This document shows positions 24,639 to 27,133 of a DNA stretch of 27,133 nucleotides, piece by piece. How positions within the stretch are numbered: position 1 is the stretch's first letter; every line of letters begins with the position of its first letter. Under the pieces are notes generated by a model. The model was not told the DNA's origin and ran no database searches. It worked only from the letters and a program-made list of their open reading frames with translations. Source of the stretch: Candidatus Bathyarchaeia archaeon. Its GTDB lineage: Archaea > Thermoproteota > Bathyarchaeia > Bathyarchaeales > Bathycorpusculaceae. The DNA lies in the NCBI GenBank assembly GCA_050010515.1, contig JBEKKX010000034.1, positions 1 to 27,133 on the forward strand. The letters are read 5' to 3'. Position numbers and translations under genes: made by a program.

Positions 24639-25889
24639 ATGGAAATGGTTATGGAGGATGATGTGGCTAAAAAGAGGCTGTTAGCCAAAAAGATCTTTGA
24701 CGCTGCTTACGAAGAGGGGATTTATCCCGCAAGTATCCATGAATTTTATATGGCTCGTGGCAGGGGCGAATTCGCTGGTTTCACAGTTCCCGCGATAAAT
24801 TTGCGGAGTATGACTTATGATCTGGCGCGCGCAATATTCAGAGTGGCAAATAAAAATGATTCTGGCGCTTTCATCTTTGAGATTGCCCGGTCTGAGATCG
24901 GTTATACTAATCAGCCGCCGATCGAATTCGCAAGCATGGTTATGGCAGCAGCGATAAAAGAAAGCTATTCTGGTCCAGTCTTTATCCAAGGAGACCATTT
25001 TCAAGTCAACGCCGCCAAGTATAAAGAGAATCCCCATAAAGAAATTGAAGGCTTGCAAGCTTTAATTTTGGATGCGGTTAGTTCAGGTTTCTTCAACATC
25101 GATATTGACTCATCAACACTCGTCGATCTATCCAAACCGAATTTTAAAGAACAGCAGCTTCTTAATTATGAAGTCTGCGCAAAGCTCACTCAGTTTATCC
25201 GCCCTCTTGAGCCGAAGGGGATCACGATTTCGGTGGGTGGAGAGATTGGCGAGATTGGGCATCAGAATTCGACACCTGAAGACCTGCACGTTTTTATGGA
25301 TGGCCTCAAAGACAAGCTAAGCAAGGGTTTAGTTGGCATTAGTAAAATTTCTGTTCAGACAGGAACGACCCATGGCGGCATTGTCCTACCGGATGGGTCA
25401 ATCGCGCAAATCATGCTTGACTTTAACACGTTGAAGACTCTTTCTGAGATTGCCCGCAGAGAATATGGATTGGCGGGAGCTGTTCAGCATGGAGCGTCAA
25501 CCCTGCCTCCTGAGGCATTCCACAAGTTTGTCGAATGCGAGACCGCTGAAGTACATTTAGCCACAGAGTTCCAGAATATGATTTACGAATCAAAGCATTT
25601 TCCAGCTGATCTAAAGAAGAAAATATATGCATGGCTAAAAGTCAATGCCATAAACGAGGCTAAGCAAGGCGAAACTGAAGATCAATTCCTCTACAAAACC
25701 CGCAAAAAAGGGTTAGGCCCCTTCAAGAAAGAAATCATGAGACTGCCACAAGAGACCCGCGACGCAATTGCAGCTGAAATCGAGACAAAGTTCGATTTCC
25801 TCTTCAACCAACTCAACATCGTAAACAAGAGAAATCTACTGAATAAATACATACACGCCCCCTCAAGCAAAGAAAAACGTATACCCTAG
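24639..25889 (+). CDS. Class II fructose/tagatose-bisphosphate aldolase family protein
   Basis: FTVPAIN, FIQGDH, IDIDSS, GGEIGEIG, GTTHGG and VQHGASTLP; Zn-binding His residues. Confidence 0.9.
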   Translation: MEMVMEDDVAKKRLLAKKIFDAAYEEGIYPASIHEFYMARGRGEFAGFTVPAINLRSMTYDLARAIFRVANKNDSGAFIFEIARSEIGYTNQPPIEFASMVMAAAIKESYSGPVFIQGDHFQVNAAKYKENPHKEIEGLQALILDAVSSGFFNIDIDSSTLVDLSKPNFKEQQLLNYEVCAKLTQFIRPLEPKGITISVGGEIGEIGHQNSTPEDLHVFMDGLKDKLSKGLVGISKISVQTGTTHGGIVLPDGSIAQIMLDFNTLKTLSEIARREYGLAGAVQHGASTLPPEAFHKFVECETAEVHLATEFQNMIYESKHFPADLKKKIYAWLKVNAINEAKQGETEDQFLYKTRKKGLGPFKKEIMRLPQETRDAIAAEIETKFDFLFNQLNIVNKRNLLNKYIHAPSSKEKRIP

Positions 25890-26216
25890 CATTCGAGCGG
25901 CACCATGTAAAGACTGTTACCCCGGCTTCGGATCCGCTTGCGAGAGTTTTGAATCTCTCTCGGGCTACATTATCAAAAGCATGGCTAACAAGCGAGAGCT
26001 TCATTTTTTCAAGTGGAGCAAAAGACGGGCTGTCTCGGAGTCAAAACACAAAAACTGGCTCTTTCTAGCCCGAGAAAGACGAACGGGCATAGAGCGTGCA
26101 TGGCTGTTCTGAACTTTGTTAAAATGGTCGTAATTCCATTTTTTCCTCCGTGTCCAACGTTTTATGCCCAAAAGGTCGCTTACCAATTTACTTCCTTCTC
26201 AACCTTAAGTGCACGC

Positions 26217-26465
26217 TCATCTATAGTGTCTGATTCCCCAGACCACCCACATCAAGCCGATCAGCAGACCAGTGATAGCTAACGAGACTATCGTCACGAT
26301 GAGGTTCTGAAACAGGCTGAAACCTTTGGACCAGTAGAGTGCGTAGAATAGGATGAAGACAAGCCATACGATTATGCTGAGGATCGAAACAACGATGGGT
26401 GCGATGGAGCTTTCGTGCTTCCATTGGGGTTGGGTAGTTTGTGTGTAAGTAGCCTGATTGGTCAA
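26217..26465 (-). CDS. Small two-TM membrane protein
   Basis: 82 aa with two clear TM helices (…FSLFQNLIV…GLMWVVWG); GAGGTGA before the TTG start and a CTTATAAA box upstream. Confidence 0.8.
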   Translation of the reverse strand: MTNQATYTQTTQPQWKHESSIAPIVVSILSIIVWLVFILFYALYWSKGFSLFQNLIVTIVSLAITGLLIGLMWVVWGIRHYR

Positions 26466-26768
26466 TTCTATTCACCTCTAAGGATACATGTCTTTTTTTC
26501 ACTTTATAAGACCATCGTTGGCGAGGAATCCGCCCGTTCAAGGGGCAGGCCATTCAAATGGAAGAATGCGAGTGCTGTCGTCCTTCCTAAACCATTAAGT
26601 AAGTATAGGAGGGGCTCACTATCTACTCAATTTTCTCCGCGATCAATCCCAGACACTTGTTTCCTAACCAAAAGGAGCAAGATACAGCAACACCATTTTA
26701 CCGGCTTCTAGTAAAACTCAGTGTCTTCATTCCATTTCCCCGCGCCGCTGGCAAATCGTGTGTGTCGT

Positions 26769-26928
26769 CTCTTCACTTCGCTTTCCATCCCTCTCTCCGT
26801 CTCTCTGTCTCCTCATCGTGTGGGTAAGTGTATAGTTGAAACCCAACCCAAACCCAAACCCAAACGACTACGACCTCAACTACGACCACGACTAAGCTAT
26901 GACCATGACCACTACTACCACACTACTA
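26769..26928. repeat. Low-complexity tract with strand asymmetry and a G-quadruplex motif
   Basis: Pyrimidine tract at about 26769-26817; CCCAACCCAAACCCAAACCC at 26842-26861; then ACG/ACT/ACC triplet repeats. Confidence 0.7.
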
Positions 26929-27090
26929 TATGCTCACATCGGAGATGGCGCAATGGAGATGTCACACAACGGAAATGACAAAAGAAAAGTCAGATACTAT
27001 AAACTATAAGGGCGCCAGCTTGTTGCAAAATTATGAAAGTTGACATGTTGCTGTTTAAGTTTGTTTGAGCTTGAATATTTAGGGTGAAGG

Positions 27091-27133
27091 ATGGAGAAAC
27101 CCGAATTCTCATGCGCCATTCTGTCTAAACTGA
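27091..27133 (+). CDS. Possible gene start running off the window
   Basis: GGGTGAAGG directly before ATG; open frame MEKPEFSCAILSKL to the window end. Confidence 0.25.
   Translation, partial: MEKPEFSCAILSKL

Noticed and set aside
25890-26216. Short ORFs on both strands (25813-26004, 26001-26186, 26013-26282)
   Set aside because: No recognisable motifs; mutually overlapping; probably non-coding or decayed sequence.
26415-26978. ORFs 26415-26711 and 26721-26978
   Set aside because: Atypical composition, arising from low-complexity DNA and overlap with a real gene's start and promoter.

Overview
Archaeal chromosomal window, most likely Bathyarchaeia/TACK. This is inferred from the archaeal ATP-dependent ligase, NreA with a PIP box, SmsCB, TATA/BRE promoters and an intron-containing tRNA. 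It opens with the right end of an IS481-like element. It then carries three GT-C membrane glycosyltransferases, nadA, a nikR / NiCoT / FmdE nickel module with a clear NikR operator, an intact AbrB-VapC toxin-antitoxin pair and trxA. A DNA repair cluster (lig, Nudix, nreA) follows, then a methyltransferase split by an in-frame TGA, an old yellow enzyme, smsCB, a tRNA-Asp with two non-canonical introns, and two antitoxins whose VapC toxins are cut off at the same motif position. The end holds a NimA-like flavoprotein, a class II aldolase and a low-complexity tail with a G-quadruplex motif. The most unusual element is a membrane-anchored 8-bladed PQQ-type beta-propeller (22445-23869). Its gene alternates near-identical DNA framework segments with unrelated, length-variable loops, suggesting a diversifying surface receptor maintained by gene conversion. 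All calls come from motif recognition by eye; no database searches were run.
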